Of a DNA stretch of 64,000 nucleotides, positions 13,677 through 22,664 are shown piece by piece (position 1 is the first letter of the stretch; each line of letters opens with the position of its first letter). The stretch comes from Spirochaetales bacterium (GTDB taxonomy: Bacteria > Spirochaetota > Spirochaetia > JABEVK01), in the NCBI GenBank assembly GCA_037142615.1, contig JBAXAI010000012.1, positions 1 through 64,000 of the forward strand. The letters run 5' to 3'. The position numbers and the translations under genes are program-made. The notes beneath the pieces were generated by a model. It ran no database searches and was not told the DNA's origin. It saw only the letters and a program-made list of their open reading frames with translations.

Positions 13677-14084
13677 ACGACTCTCGAACATTCGTTCGGG
13701 GCGGTGGTGTATCGAAAGAAGCGGGGCGTGGTCTACTTTCTGCTGCTCAAGCACACCAGCGGCAACCATTGGAGCCTTGCCAAGGGCCACGCCGAAGCGG
13801 GCGAGTCAGAAACCGAGACGGCCCTGCGGGAAATCCGCGAGGAAACGGGCCTCAAGGTTCGTTTGAAGCCCAACTTCCGGGCCGAGGTTCGCTACAGTCC
13901 CCACGAAGGCATCGATAAAAGGGTCGTCTTTTTTTTGGCGAAGACAGACCGCAAGAAGCTCAAGCTCCAAGCGAGCGAGATCAGCAATTCCTGCTGGCTG
14001 GAACTCGATGATGCGCTCAAGTTGATCAGCCACGCTGACACCGGCGAAGTGCTGAGGCAGGCCTCGGCCCGATTGAACCGGTAG
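13677..14084 (+). CDS. NUDIX hydrolase, bis(5'-nucleosyl)-tetraphosphatase (Ap4A hydrolase)-like; start uncertain (ACG 13677 or GTG 13653)
   Basis: EHSFGAVVY, HWSLAKGHAEAGESETETALREIREETGL Nudix box, KRVVFFLA. Confidence 0.85.
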   Translation, partial: TTLEHSFGAVVYRKKRGVVYFLLLKHTSGNHWSLAKGHAEAGESETETALREIREETGLKVRLKPNFRAEVRYSPHEGIDKRVVFFLAKTDRKKLKLQASEISNSCWLELDDALKLISHADTGEVLRQASARLNR

Positions 14085-14151
14085 GCTTGAGCAACGAGTG
14101 CTTCGTGCGGAGCAACCTCAGAGGGCCGCGAGTCCTGTCGCGAAGTACCCC

Positions 14152-16407
14152 CTAGACCGTCTGTTCCGGCTTGTCGATCCGGAAGGTTTTCGATCCGACC
14201 ACCAGCGAGAAGGGCCGCACGGCTGCTGGTGAAAGCACGGTGTACTGGGAACCGTGCCTTGTCACTCTGACGGCACCGAGAGACATTCCATGAAACTCGA
14301 CCATATCGCATTGCGAGGTCTGTCCCTCGTCGAGGGCGAAGACCCTCAGTTCGAGCGAGGCCCTCCAGTCAGTGTCGGGGTTTGTCACTCCCGGTGCCAT
14401 CGCAAGGACGCTGTTAGGTTTGGCGTAGAGAGGTAGGCTCAACGGACCGTGAGTCTCGTGGCGCCAACCGGGTCCGGTAACGATTTCTCCCGAAAGCAGG
14501 TGTGTCCATCGACCTTCGGGCAGGTACACGTCGACCTGACCATCGGCACGGAAAACCGGGGCGACGAGAAGCTGGCTTCCCAGAAAATACTGGCGGTCGA
14601 GGGTCTGGCAGGTCAGGTCTTCAGGGTACTCGAGCAACGCGGCGCGCATCAAAGGCACGCCGGTTCGCGTGGTTTCAACCGCCTGAGCGTACAGGTAGGG
14701 CATCAGCGCGAGTTTGAGCAGGATGAAGGCGCGGGCCACCTCGACCGCCGTTTCGCCGTACGCCCAAGGAACGCGGTACGACGAACTGCCGTGCAGGCGG
14801 CTATGGCTCGACAGGAGGCCGAACGCCAGCCAACGGTGGAACAAGGCTTCGGGGGGCAAGCCTTCGAACCCGCCGATGTCGTGGCTCCAAAAGCCGAACC
14901 CCGACAGCCCCAAGCTCAGGCCACCGCGCAAGCTCTCGGCCATCGACGGGAATGTCGACTCGCAGTCGCCACCCCAGTGAACCGGGAACTTCTGCCCACC
15001 GGCTGTGGCCGCCCTGGCAAACACCACCGCCTCTCCGGCGCCGTGGCGCGCCTGCAGCACCTGGAACACGGTCTGGTTGTACAGGTACGAATAGTAGTTG
15101 TGCATACGGTCGGGGTCACTTCCATCGTGCCACACCACGTCGGTGGGAATCCGTTCGCCGAAGTCCGTTTTGAACGCATCGACCCCCAGTTCGAGCAGGC
15201 CGTCGAGTTTCGCCGCGTACCAGGCCCGGGCGTCGGGATTGGTAAAATCGACAATGCCCATACCCGACTGCCAAAGGTCAGTCTGCCAAACGCCCCCGTC
15301 GGGCTTCTTGAGCAGGTAGCCTTGGGCCAGACCCTGCTCGAACAACACCGAACGCTGGGCCAGATAGGGGTTGATCCAAACGCAGATCTTCACCCCCTTG
15401 GCCTTGAGCCGCGCCAGCATGCCCCGCGGGTCGGGGAAGGTCCGGCTGTCCCAGAGGAAGTCGGTCCAGTGGTACTCACGCATCCAAAAACAGTCAAAAT
15501 GGAACACCGACAAAGGAAGCTGGCGCTCGGCCATGCCGTCGATGAACGAGGTGACGGTGGCCTCATCGTAGCTCGTCATGAAACTGGTGGTTAGCCAAAG
15601 CCCGAAGCTCCAAGCCGGCGGAAGGGGGGCCCGGCCGGTCAGGGCGGTGTACTTGGTGAGAATCTCTTTGGGCGTCGGGCCATAGATCACAAAATACTCG
15701 AGCTGTTCGCCTTCGACGCAGAACTGGACCCGGCTGACCTTTTCGCTGGCCACCTCGAACGACACGAGGCCGGGATGATTGATGAAAACGCCATAACCCC
15801 GGTTGGTCAGGTAGAACGGGATATTCTTGTAGGTCTGCTCGCTGGCGGTGCCACCGTCTTTGTTCCAGATATCCACGGTCTGCCCGTTCTTCACAAAGGC
15901 AGAAAACCGCTCGCCCAGGCCGTACACCAACTCGCCGACGTCGAGGCCGAGTTCGTCTTTGGTCCACACCCTACCCCCAGGACCCTGCACGTAGGCAGCC
16001 GCTTTCGTTGCGCTTTGCGTGAGCAGCTGACCTTTGGCGAGGAACTCGACCCGCCACGGCTCGCTGCGGCGGAACCTCACCTGCAGAGCGCCGGTAGTCA
16101 GGCTGGCCTCCTGGTCGTCGATCTTCACGGCGGCGCGGTAGTTCGGGTCGGAGTCCAGCGCGAACTCGGGCGTGGGCCTCGAGCCCCCTTGAAAGTGCGA
16201 CAGGCGCAGCCGGACGACATCGGGTGCGGGCGAACTCACCTCGAAGGTGAGCTGGGCTACGTTGAGGGTATCGCCTCGTTCGCGAACCGGCTTGACGGGA
16301 GCGTAGACTTCCAGCGTCCCGTCCTTTTCGCGGGCGTCGTAGGCCTGCGCGGGGCTAAGAACGGTGTAGCCCTCACGGACGAGCCAGTAACCATCGGTGA
16401 ACTTCAT
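14152..16407 (-). CDS. yicI: Alpha-xylosidase (GH31)
   Basis: MKFTDGYW, YGLGERF, FHFDCFWM, FKTDFGERIP, HWGGD, WSHDIGGF. Confidence 0.96.
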   Translation of the reverse strand: MKFTDGYWLVREGYTVLSPAQAYDAREKDGTLEVYAPVKPVRERGDTLNVAQLTFEVSSPAPDVVRLRLSHFQGGSRPTPEFALDSDPNYRAAVKIDDQEASLTTGALQVRFRRSEPWRVEFLAKGQLLTQSATKAAAYVQGPGGRVWTKDELGLDVGELVYGLGERFSAFVKNGQTVDIWNKDGGTASEQTYKNIPFYLTNRGYGVFINHPGLVSFEVASEKVSRVQFCVEGEQLEYFVIYGPTPKEILTKYTALTGRAPLPPAWSFGLWLTTSFMTSYDEATVTSFIDGMAERQLPLSVFHFDCFWMREYHWTDFLWDSRTFPDPRGMLARLKAKGVKICVWINPYLAQRSVLFEQGLAQGYLLKKPDGGVWQTDLWQSGMGIVDFTNPDARAWYAAKLDGLLELGVDAFKTDFGERIPTDVVWHDGSDPDRMHNYYSYLYNQTVFQVLQARHGAGEAVVFARAATAGGQKFPVHWGGDCESTFPSMAESLRGGLSLGLSGFGFWSHDIGGFEGLPPEALFHRWLAFGLLSSHSRLHGSSSYRVPWAYGETAVEVARAFILLKLALMPYLYAQAVETTRTGVPLMRAALLEYPEDLTCQTLDRQYFLGSQLLVAPVFRADGQVDVYLPEGRWTHLLSGEIVTGPGWRHETHGPLSLPLYAKPNSVLAMAPGVTNPDTDWRASLELRVFALDEGQTSQCDMVEFHGMSLGAVRVTRHGSQYTVLSPAAVRPFSLVVGSKTFRIDKPEQTV

Positions 16408-16436
16408 GATCTACTCCTGAAAAGGGCAACTGGTGG

Positions 16437-16590
16437 CCCGAGAGGTGAACGTACAAGGTTGGAGCAAGTTCCGTGGTGTCGCCTCGGGAATGCGCAGACC
16501 CAGAGACACCGACGGGGCCGGGCGCCGCTCAGGGTGTAGGTTACGGTGCTGAGAGACACCCCCGCGGGGCTGCCTCACCTTTGATCCGGG
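16437..16590 (-). ncRNA. Unassigned structured RNA in the yicI leader (or an independent ncRNA)
   Basis: 5'/3' end pairing, internal stems whose G-U pairs favour the minus strand, upstream TTGACA (16627-16622) with a weak GAGACT -10. Confidence 0.45.
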
Positions 16591-16668
16591 AAAGGTCAGT
16601 CTCCGGTTAGTCGAGCCGATCTGTCAAGCGTTTGTCTTCCCCCGGCGGAAAATGTTAAGGTGCCTTCT

Positions 16669-19260
16669 ATGAAGCGCGTCGATTACCTTCCCCCTGCCTA
16701 CCTGCTCGATCAGGTCGAGCTGACGTTCCAAATCTTTGCCACACACACGCTGGTGAGCTCGCATTTGTCGTTCCGAAAGAATCCCGAGGCCACCGCCGGC
16801 GCACTGATCCTCGACGGCGACGGCTTGACGACCCTTTCGGTGAGGCTCGACGGCAAACTGCTCGGCGCCGCCGACTACCAACTGACGCCGACGACGCTCA
16901 CGATAGGCGGAGTTGGCGAAAAAGCGCTTCTGGAAGTCCTCACCCGAGTGGATCCGGCCGCGAACAAGGCACTTTCGGGGCTATATCAGTCGAGCACCAT
17001 GCTCTGCACCCAGTGCGAGTCGGAGGGCTTCCGGCGGATCACGTGGTTTCCCGACCGACCCGATGTGATGGCACCCTACCGGGTCCGTCTCGAGGCCGAA
17101 AAATCCGACTGCCCCGTGCTCCTGAGCAACGGCAACCGAGTCGAGAGCGGTGACCTGTCAGAGGGCCGGCATTTTGCCGTGTGGGAAGACCCGTTCCGCA
17201 AGCCCAGCTACCTGTTCGCGCTGGTGGCCGGAGATCTGGAACTCCTTCATGACACCTTTACCACTGCAAGCGGTCGGAAGGTCGATTTGTCCATCTACAC
17301 CGAACACGGCTCGGGGAGTCGGTGCGTGTGGGCGATGGAGTCGCTCAAACGGGCCATGAAATGGGATGAGCAGGCGTACGGACGCGAGTACGACCTCGAC
17401 GTGTTCCACATTGTGGCGGTGAGCGACTTCAACATGGGGGCGATGGAAAACAAGTCGCTCAACATTTTCAACACGTCGGCGGTGTTTGCCAGCCAGGAAA
17501 AAACTGTCGACCAAGCCTTCATCGGGGTGGAAGCAATCGTGGCGCATGAGTACTTCCACAACTGGACGGGCAACCGCATCACCTGCCGCGACTGGTTCCA
17601 ACTGACGCTCAAGGAAGGCCTGACCGTGTTCCGCGACCAGAGTTTCACCCAAGACCTGCATTCGCGCGCAGGCTCGCGGATTGACGACGTGACCGTGTTG
17701 CGCTCGGCCCAGTTTGCCGAAGACCAGAGCCCGATGGCTCACCCCATCCGACCCGAGGAATACGAGGCCATCGACAACTTTTACACGGTGACGGTGTACG
17801 AAAAGGGCGCCGAAGTCATCGGCATGCTGAAGACCTTTCTGGGACCCCCAACCTACCGTAAGGCGACTGACCTGTACTTTGACCGCCACGATGGCCAGGC
17901 CGTCACCTGCGAGGACTTCGTGAAGTGCATGGAAGATGCCAGCGGGCGCGACCTGACACAATTCCGCCGCTGGTACTCACAGGCCGGAACGCCGCTGGCG
18001 AAGGCCCGAAGCGTGCACGAGGCAGCCACCAAGACTTGGACCCTGACGCTGGCGCAGAGCTTCCCGACGCACCCGGCGAATCTTCCGGTGCCCATGCCGG
18101 TTCGTCTGGGCCTGCTCGGCGCCGACGGCCGCGAATTGCCGCTGAACGCCGCCGGTGACACCGAAGTGGTGCTGACCTTCGACCGGGCCGAGCAAACCTT
18201 CGTTTTCGCCAACGTGGACGAACCTCCTGTCCCTTCGCTGTTCCGGCACTTTTCGGCGCCAATCCGCCTCGAGACCGACCTGACCGATGCTGACCTGGCC
18301 TTTCTGCTGGCTCACGATACCGACGGCTTCAACCGTCACGAGTCAGGCTTCACTCTCAAGAAGCAGGATCTGCTGGCAAGGATTGAGGCCCAGAAAGGCG
18401 GACGTCCCTCGCCGAAGACGGGCCTCCTGGTCGATCTGCTGGGCGGCGTTCCGGGCGACCCGAAGCTGTCCCCCGACCTCAAGGCCCGCCTGCTCTCGCT
18501 GCCCACGCAGTCGTATCTGGAACAGGTTTGCGACCCCGTGGATCCGCTGGCAATCGACCGTGCGCTCGCGCAGACGCGGCTCGAGCTCGCCAAGGCCCTG
18601 CAACCCGGGCTTCGTGCCGCGTATTCCGCCCACCATCGGGTGGCCGGAGCCGGCTTTCCCACCGACGCCGAGATGGCCGACAGAGCGATGAAGAACTTGG
18701 CTCTCGGGCTGCTGGGTGAGTTGCGAACCGAGGACGTGTACGACCTTGCGGCCACACAGTACCGGGCGGCGACCAACATGACCGACCGTCTGGCGGCGCT
18801 TCGTGTGTTCCGTGACACCGACCGGCCGGAACGGGCGGAACTTCTGGACGACTTCTACCGGCGGTTCCGGGGTGACAAGCTCGTGATCGACACTTGGTTC
18901 GCATTTCAGTCCTCTGCCGACGTCCCTCGAATCCTCGAGCAAATGGCTCTGCTGGAACAACATTCCGACTGCGAGTTGACAAACCCGAACCGTGTGAGGG
19001 CGCTCTACGGGTCGTTTGGCCGTAACACCACGGGCTTTCACCGGGTTGATGGCGAGGGCTACCGGTACCAGGCCCGGGCGATTGTCAAAATCGATGCCTT
19101 TAACCCGCAGATCGCGGCGGGGCTGACCCGCGTCTTTCAAGGCTGGAAGCGCTGCGCTGAGCCGTACCTGTCGTTGCAGAAGGCGGCGCTCGAGAGCCTG
19201 GCTGCCCGCGCCGACCTGTCGGCGAACGTCGCTGAATTGGTGGGCAAATACCTCGGCTAG
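16669..19260 (+). CDS. pepN: Aminopeptidase N (M1)
   Basis: TQCESEGFRRIT, GAMENK, HEYFH+E, NFYTVTVYEKGAEV, NPNRVRAL. Confidence 0.97.
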   Translation: MKRVDYLPPAYLLDQVELTFQIFATHTLVSSHLSFRKNPEATAGALILDGDGLTTLSVRLDGKLLGAADYQLTPTTLTIGGVGEKALLEVLTRVDPAANKALSGLYQSSTMLCTQCESEGFRRITWFPDRPDVMAPYRVRLEAEKSDCPVLLSNGNRVESGDLSEGRHFAVWEDPFRKPSYLFALVAGDLELLHDTFTTASGRKVDLSIYTEHGSGSRCVWAMESLKRAMKWDEQAYGREYDLDVFHIVAVSDFNMGAMENKSLNIFNTSAVFASQEKTVDQAFIGVEAIVAHEYFHNWTGNRITCRDWFQLTLKEGLTVFRDQSFTQDLHSRAGSRIDDVTVLRSAQFAEDQSPMAHPIRPEEYEAIDNFYTVTVYEKGAEVIGMLKTFLGPPTYRKATDLYFDRHDGQAVTCEDFVKCMEDASGRDLTQFRRWYSQAGTPLAKARSVHEAATKTWTLTLAQSFPTHPANLPVPMPVRLGLLGADGRELPLNAAGDTEVVLTFDRAEQTFVFANVDEPPVPSLFRHFSAPIRLETDLTDADLAFLLAHDTDGFNRHESGFTLKKQDLLARIEAQKGGRPSPKTGLLVDLLGGVPGDPKLSPDLKARLLSLPTQSYLEQVCDPVDPLAIDRALAQTRLELAKALQPGLRAAYSAHHRVAGAGFPTDAEMADRAMKNLALGLLGELRTEDVYDLAATQYRAATNMTDRLAALRVFRDTDRPERAELLDDFYRRFRGDKLVIDTWFAFQSSADVPRILEQMALLEQHSDCELTNPNRVRALYGSFGRNTTGFHRVDGEGYRYQARAIVKIDAFNPQIAAGLTRVFQGWKRCAEPYLSLQKAALESLAARADLSANVAELVGKYLG

Positions 19261-19649
19261 CTTCTACAACGCGGGCAGCCCAGCACATGCACATGAGTCT
19301 TTTTGCTGCCGGACTCGTTCTTGCGCTCAAACACGCGTGCGGTGACGACGTCTTGCGGCCGAAGCGCCTTTTTGCAAACCGGACACTGGCGGTGCAACGT
19401 GGCCGGCGGACGGCAATGGGGGCAACCGGAAATCTCCATGATCTTGTCCTGGGTTTTGGTGGCGTAGACCACCGAATGCACCCGTTCGCCGACGGCAAGC
19501 GGGCTGCCACAGAGCGGACAGGGCTGGCGTGCGGCGGGCGCAACCGGCTCGGGGGTTGGCGGCTCGGTACGCTTGTTACCGAGGAACATCGCGGCAAAGA
19601 TCAGGGCAACGACAAGGGCCAGGACGATGGCGACGAGGATTTCGGTCAC
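19257..19649 (-). CDS. Membrane-anchored Cys-rich hypothetical protein (4 CxxC pairs)
   Basis: N-terminal TM; CPLC, CPHC, CPVC, CPRC; TACCAT 6 nt before the GTG. Confidence 0.75.
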   Translation of the reverse strand: MTEILVAIVLALVVALIFAAMFLGNKRTEPPTPEPVAPAARQPCPLCGSPLAVGERVHSVVYATKTQDKIMEISGCPHCRPPATLHRQCPVCKKALRPQDVVTARVFERKNESGSKKTHVHVLGCPRCRS

Positions 19650-19712
19650 CGCGCCATGGTAGTGCGATTGGCACGCTGGTACAAGCGTGGTGGCTTTTGT
19701 ACAATGCCGCTC

Positions 19713-20564
19713 ATGAAGCGACCGGCCCTGTTCGTGAGCGATCTCGATGGAACCCTCTTGCAGACCGACGGGACCCTGTCGCCGTTCACCCACGAGGCGC
19801 TGTGCGCCTTTCACCGCGACGGGGTGCCCTTTACCGTGGCCACCGGCCGGGCTTTTTCGTCGGCTCGCCGCGCGCTCGGCGGCGCCACGCTGGGATTGCC
19901 GCTGATCTCGTCGGACGGAGCGTTGATTTCGCAGTTTCACTCGCCCGAACCGCTGTTCTTGTACGCCATGGACCTGCCTGCGCTGCAGGCGCTGAACAAC
20001 GAGCTTCTCGGCCGCGGGTTCACACCCATGCTCGACATCTGGGATGGCAGCGCGAACTTCATGGTGACGCCCGAAATCGCCAACCCGGTGATGGAATGGT
20101 ACCGGGGGTCCAAAGTTCACGAAGAGTTCTTCCGGTTCCGGTATGAAACGGTGAACGCCCTACCGTCGCACTGGCAGGCAATCTCACTCACCCTTTTGGA
20201 TTCGCCCCAGCGGCTAGCCCCGCTGCGAGCCGAAGTTGACCGGCGGTTCGGTCACCTGTTCAAAACCGACTATGCTGTGTTGAACGAGGTGGACGGAGCG
20301 GCGCTCTGGATACAGCATGTTCTTGCCCGAAAAGAAAATGCCCTGAGCGAACTGGGTCGTCTCTTGGGCGTCGAGGACGGGAACATCGTCGTCTTTGGCG
20401 ACGAACTGAACGACCTGGGCATGTTTGGACGGGAATGGCACGCAGTTGCCGTTGGAAATGCACGGCAGGAACTGAAAGACAAAGCCCGGGAAGTGATAGG
20501 CCACCACACCGAAGACCCGGTTCCGCGCTACGTACGACTGAGACTGGAGAAAGCAGAGGATTGA
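19713..20564 (+). CDS. HAD superfamily hydrolase, Cof/IIB
   Basis: SDLDGTLL, ATGR, K, FGDELNDLGMF; TACAAT 7 nt before the ATG. Confidence 0.92.
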   Translation: MKRPALFVSDLDGTLLQTDGTLSPFTHEALCAFHRDGVPFTVATGRAFSSARRALGGATLGLPLISSDGALISQFHSPEPLFLYAMDLPALQALNNELLGRGFTPMLDIWDGSANFMVTPEIANPVMEWYRGSKVHEEFFRFRYETVNALPSHWQAISLTLLDSPQRLAPLRAEVDRRFGHLFKTDYAVLNEVDGAALWIQHVLARKENALSELGRLLGVEDGNIVVFGDELNDLGMFGREWHAVAVGNARQELKDKAREVIGHHTEDPVPRYVRLRLEKAED

Positions 20565-20589
20565 CGCCCCGGGGCTGTCAAACGACAAT
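20561..20589 (+). promoter_or_regulatory. Promoter TTGACG-17-GACAAT overlapping a near-perfect 21-bp palindrome
   Basis: TTGACGCCCCGGGGCTGTCAA at 20561-20581; GACAAT at 20584-89. Confidence 0.45.
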
Positions 20590-20616
20590 AAGACCGAAGG
20601 ACTACAGGAGGCCCGG

Positions 20617-20934
20617 GTGAAGAGAGCGTTCGTGTGCATTGTCTTGTTGCTCCTGGCGGCAGGACTCTCGGCGACAGAAGAGAGCTTCGAGTCCAAGATC
20701 ATCAAGAAAGAGATTCAGGAAGTTTTTGGCAACGGCACGCTTTCGGTGTCGACCACGGTGTACAGCGTCACAGTGCTCAATAAAACCGTGAAGCAGTACA
20801 TGAAGATCGAAGTCGATCCCAAAGCCTTCGACGACCTTCACGTGGGGGATCTTATTCGCGTCACCTTTGAAAAAGGATGGCTGGGCGACGTGACCATCAA
20901 GGCCATCAAAGTCCTGGAAAGGAGCACCCCGTGA
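20617..20934 (+). CDS. Hypothetical secreted protein
   Basis: SD AGGAGG, signal-peptide-like N-terminus, GTGA overlap with next gene. Confidence 0.7.
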   Translation: MKRAFVCIVLLLLAAGLSATEESFESKIIKKEIQEVFGNGTLSVSTTVYSVTVLNKTVKQYMKIEVDPKAFDDLHVGDLIRVTFEKGWLGDVTIKAIKVLERSTP

Positions 20935-21779
20935 GTCATACCCCCGCTGCAGGCTACCGCAAGCGTCCCTTGGCGCTTGTCATTCTGGCCGTTGGCTTCG
21001 CTCTGGTTCCGCTGCTGAGTTGGGCAGCCTGGTATCTGCCCTACCTCTTGGCGGGCCGACCCGAAAACCTGCTGGACGTGCTGGCCATCAACTACGGCAC
21101 GGCCGACAACGGTCCTTGGGGCCTGGCCCACAGTATTCTCATGGGTGCGCTCTGGGTGCTCTTCGTGGTGGTGGCCTGGGGCATTTGGAAAGTGACGAGT
21201 TGGGGCTTTTACCTGTGCATCGTGTCGGCGGCGGCTAACTCGCTGTTCAGCATGATCCAGTACGGCTTTTCCACCTCGTCCGACGGCCTGGTCGAGGAGC
21301 TGGTGCGTTTCAATCCGGTCAACTGGGGTGTGCTGCTGAACCTCGTCTTCTTCATCCCTGTCATCCTGATCCTGAACAAGGACATCATGGCCCCGTTCTT
21401 CAACCCCAAGATGAAATGGTGGGAACAGCACCCTCGCGTGAAGGCGATGCTGCGCATTGAAGCGACGATCGGCGGTCAGACCGAGTACTTTCAGAGTTTT
21501 GACATTTCGGGCTCGGGCATGTTCCTGGGAATGGGAGACCTGTCGCAGCGGGAACTGGGCGACGGCTACCTCGAGAACTTCGAGGCCCGGATTCACCTGG
21601 AGGAAACCGGGGCCACTGTCACCGTGCTGTGCACCGTGGTTTGGGTGAGCGACGGCAAGGGGCGGGCACCCGCAGGCTGCGGCGTCACGTTCAAGTTCCG
21701 CAACGGCGCCCAGAAACGCATTTTGTCGAGCTACCTGAAGGAGAAGATCAAGGCGGGTCACGTGATCGAGCGGACGTAA
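20931..21779 (+). CDS. Membrane protein with C-terminal PilZ domain
   Basis: About 4 TM helices then WWEQHPR...DISGSG, VVWV, GCGVTF. Confidence 0.8.
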   Translation: MSHTPAAGYRKRPLALVILAVGFALVPLLSWAAWYLPYLLAGRPENLLDVLAINYGTADNGPWGLAHSILMGALWVLFVVVAWGIWKVTSWGFYLCIVSAAANSLFSMIQYGFSTSSDGLVEELVRFNPVNWGVLLNLVFFIPVILILNKDIMAPFFNPKMKWWEQHPRVKAMLRIEATIGGQTEYFQSFDISGSGMFLGMGDLSQRELGDGYLENFEARIHLEETGATVTVLCTVVWVSDGKGRAPAGCGVTFKFRNGAQKRILSSYLKEKIKAGHVIERT

Positions 21780-21788
21780 AGCCCGGTC

Positions 21789-22202
21789 TCAGATCATATA
21801 GGTGAACACCGCGTTGCGGGAGTCGCGCTCGGCGACCAGTTGCTCCAGGGTCATGCCCAGGTGCGAGACGAAGGCGGTCGCCAAGCGTTCCCAGTAGAAG
21901 TCGAGACCACCGCGGGGAACCTGTTCGCGCAGAATTTCGACGGGACCCTCGAGGGCCGTCAGCAGCTCGAGTACGGTCACCTCGCCGGCGCTGCGGGCCA
22001 ACGCGTAACCGCCGTTGGTGCCCCGGTAACTCTTCACGAAGCCCGACTTTCGCAGGGTAACCAGCAACTGTTCCAGGTAATGCTGCGGGATGGCTTGGGC
22101 GTCGGCGATGTCTTTGATCTGAACCGACTCGCCCTTGGGCGCGCGGCTGAGCTCCATCATAGCGTAAAGACCGTAGGCCCCTTTGGCAGAAATCGTGAAC
22201 AT
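21789..22202 (-). CDS. Rrf2-family transcriptional regulator (CymR-like, lacks the IscR Cys triad)
   Basis: YLEQLL..LRKSGFVKSYRGTNGGY.LAR; C-terminus FTYMI. Confidence 0.93.
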   Translation of the reverse strand: MFTISAKGAYGLYAMMELSRAPKGESVQIKDIADAQAIPQHYLEQLLVTLRKSGFVKSYRGTNGGYALARSAGEVTVLELLTALEGPVEILREQVPRGGLDFYWERLATAFVSHLGMTLEQLVAERDSRNAVFTYMI

Positions 22203-22217
22203 GGTTCCCCCGACGCA

Positions 22218-22250
22218 AAACTAACCTAGTCAACCTTCAAAGTCAAGAAT
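22218..22250 (-). promoter_or_regulatory. Rrf2 gene promoter with overlapping IscR/CymR-like box
   Basis: TTGACT-17-TAGTTT; ATTCTTGACT-TTGAA-GGTTGACTAG resembles the IscR type-1 site ATASYYGACT-N5-AGTCRRSTAT. Confidence 0.5.
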
Positions 22251-22292
22251 TTCGCTGTTGAATCCGGCCTTCGCCGGGACGAAAATGGAACC

Positions 22293-22664
22293 ATGAAGTT
22301 CCTTCCGCGAGTCACCAAGAAGTTCGGCCACGCCTTTTGGGGCCTTCGCATCGCGTTCACCACCGACAACAGCTTTAAGGCCCACCTGGTGTTCTTGCTG
22401 CTGGCGGTGGCCTTGGGTGCCCTTGTCGGTTTGGGCCTGACGGAGTGGGCGCTGGTGCTGTTCGCCATCGGCCTGGTGTTCGTGTCGGAACTGTTCAACA
22501 CGGCCATCGAGTATCTGGTGAGGATGTTTACCCAGGAGTACCACGAACTGGCCGAAAAGCTGCTGGATATCAGCGCGGGGGCTGTCCTGTTTGCCTCCGC
22601 CACCGCAATTGTGATCGCCGGTTTGGTGTTCCTTCCCAAGTTGCTGGCCCTGGTGCTGAAATGA
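22293..22664 (+). CDS. dgkA: Diacylglycerol/undecaprenol kinase (DgkA family)
   Basis: KFGHAFWGL, ELFNTAIE, LDISAGAV. Confidence 0.9.
   Translation: MKFLPRVTKKFGHAFWGLRIAFTTDNSFKAHLVFLLLAVALGALVGLGLTEWALVLFAIGLVFVSELFNTAIEYLVRMFTQEYHELAEKLLDISAGAVLFASATAIVIAGLVFLPKLLALVLK

Noticed and set aside
16446-16455. TGAACGTACA as a third site for the gal LacI
   Set aside because: The core is shorter than TGWACACGTGTWCA; it might be another regulator's site but this is unsupported
16412-16600. Glycine, lysine or twister-like motif in the yicI leader
   Set aside because: CUCUCAG/CUCUGG/UUUCAGG are present but the CCGAAG cores are missing; no lysine riboswitch or twister consensus
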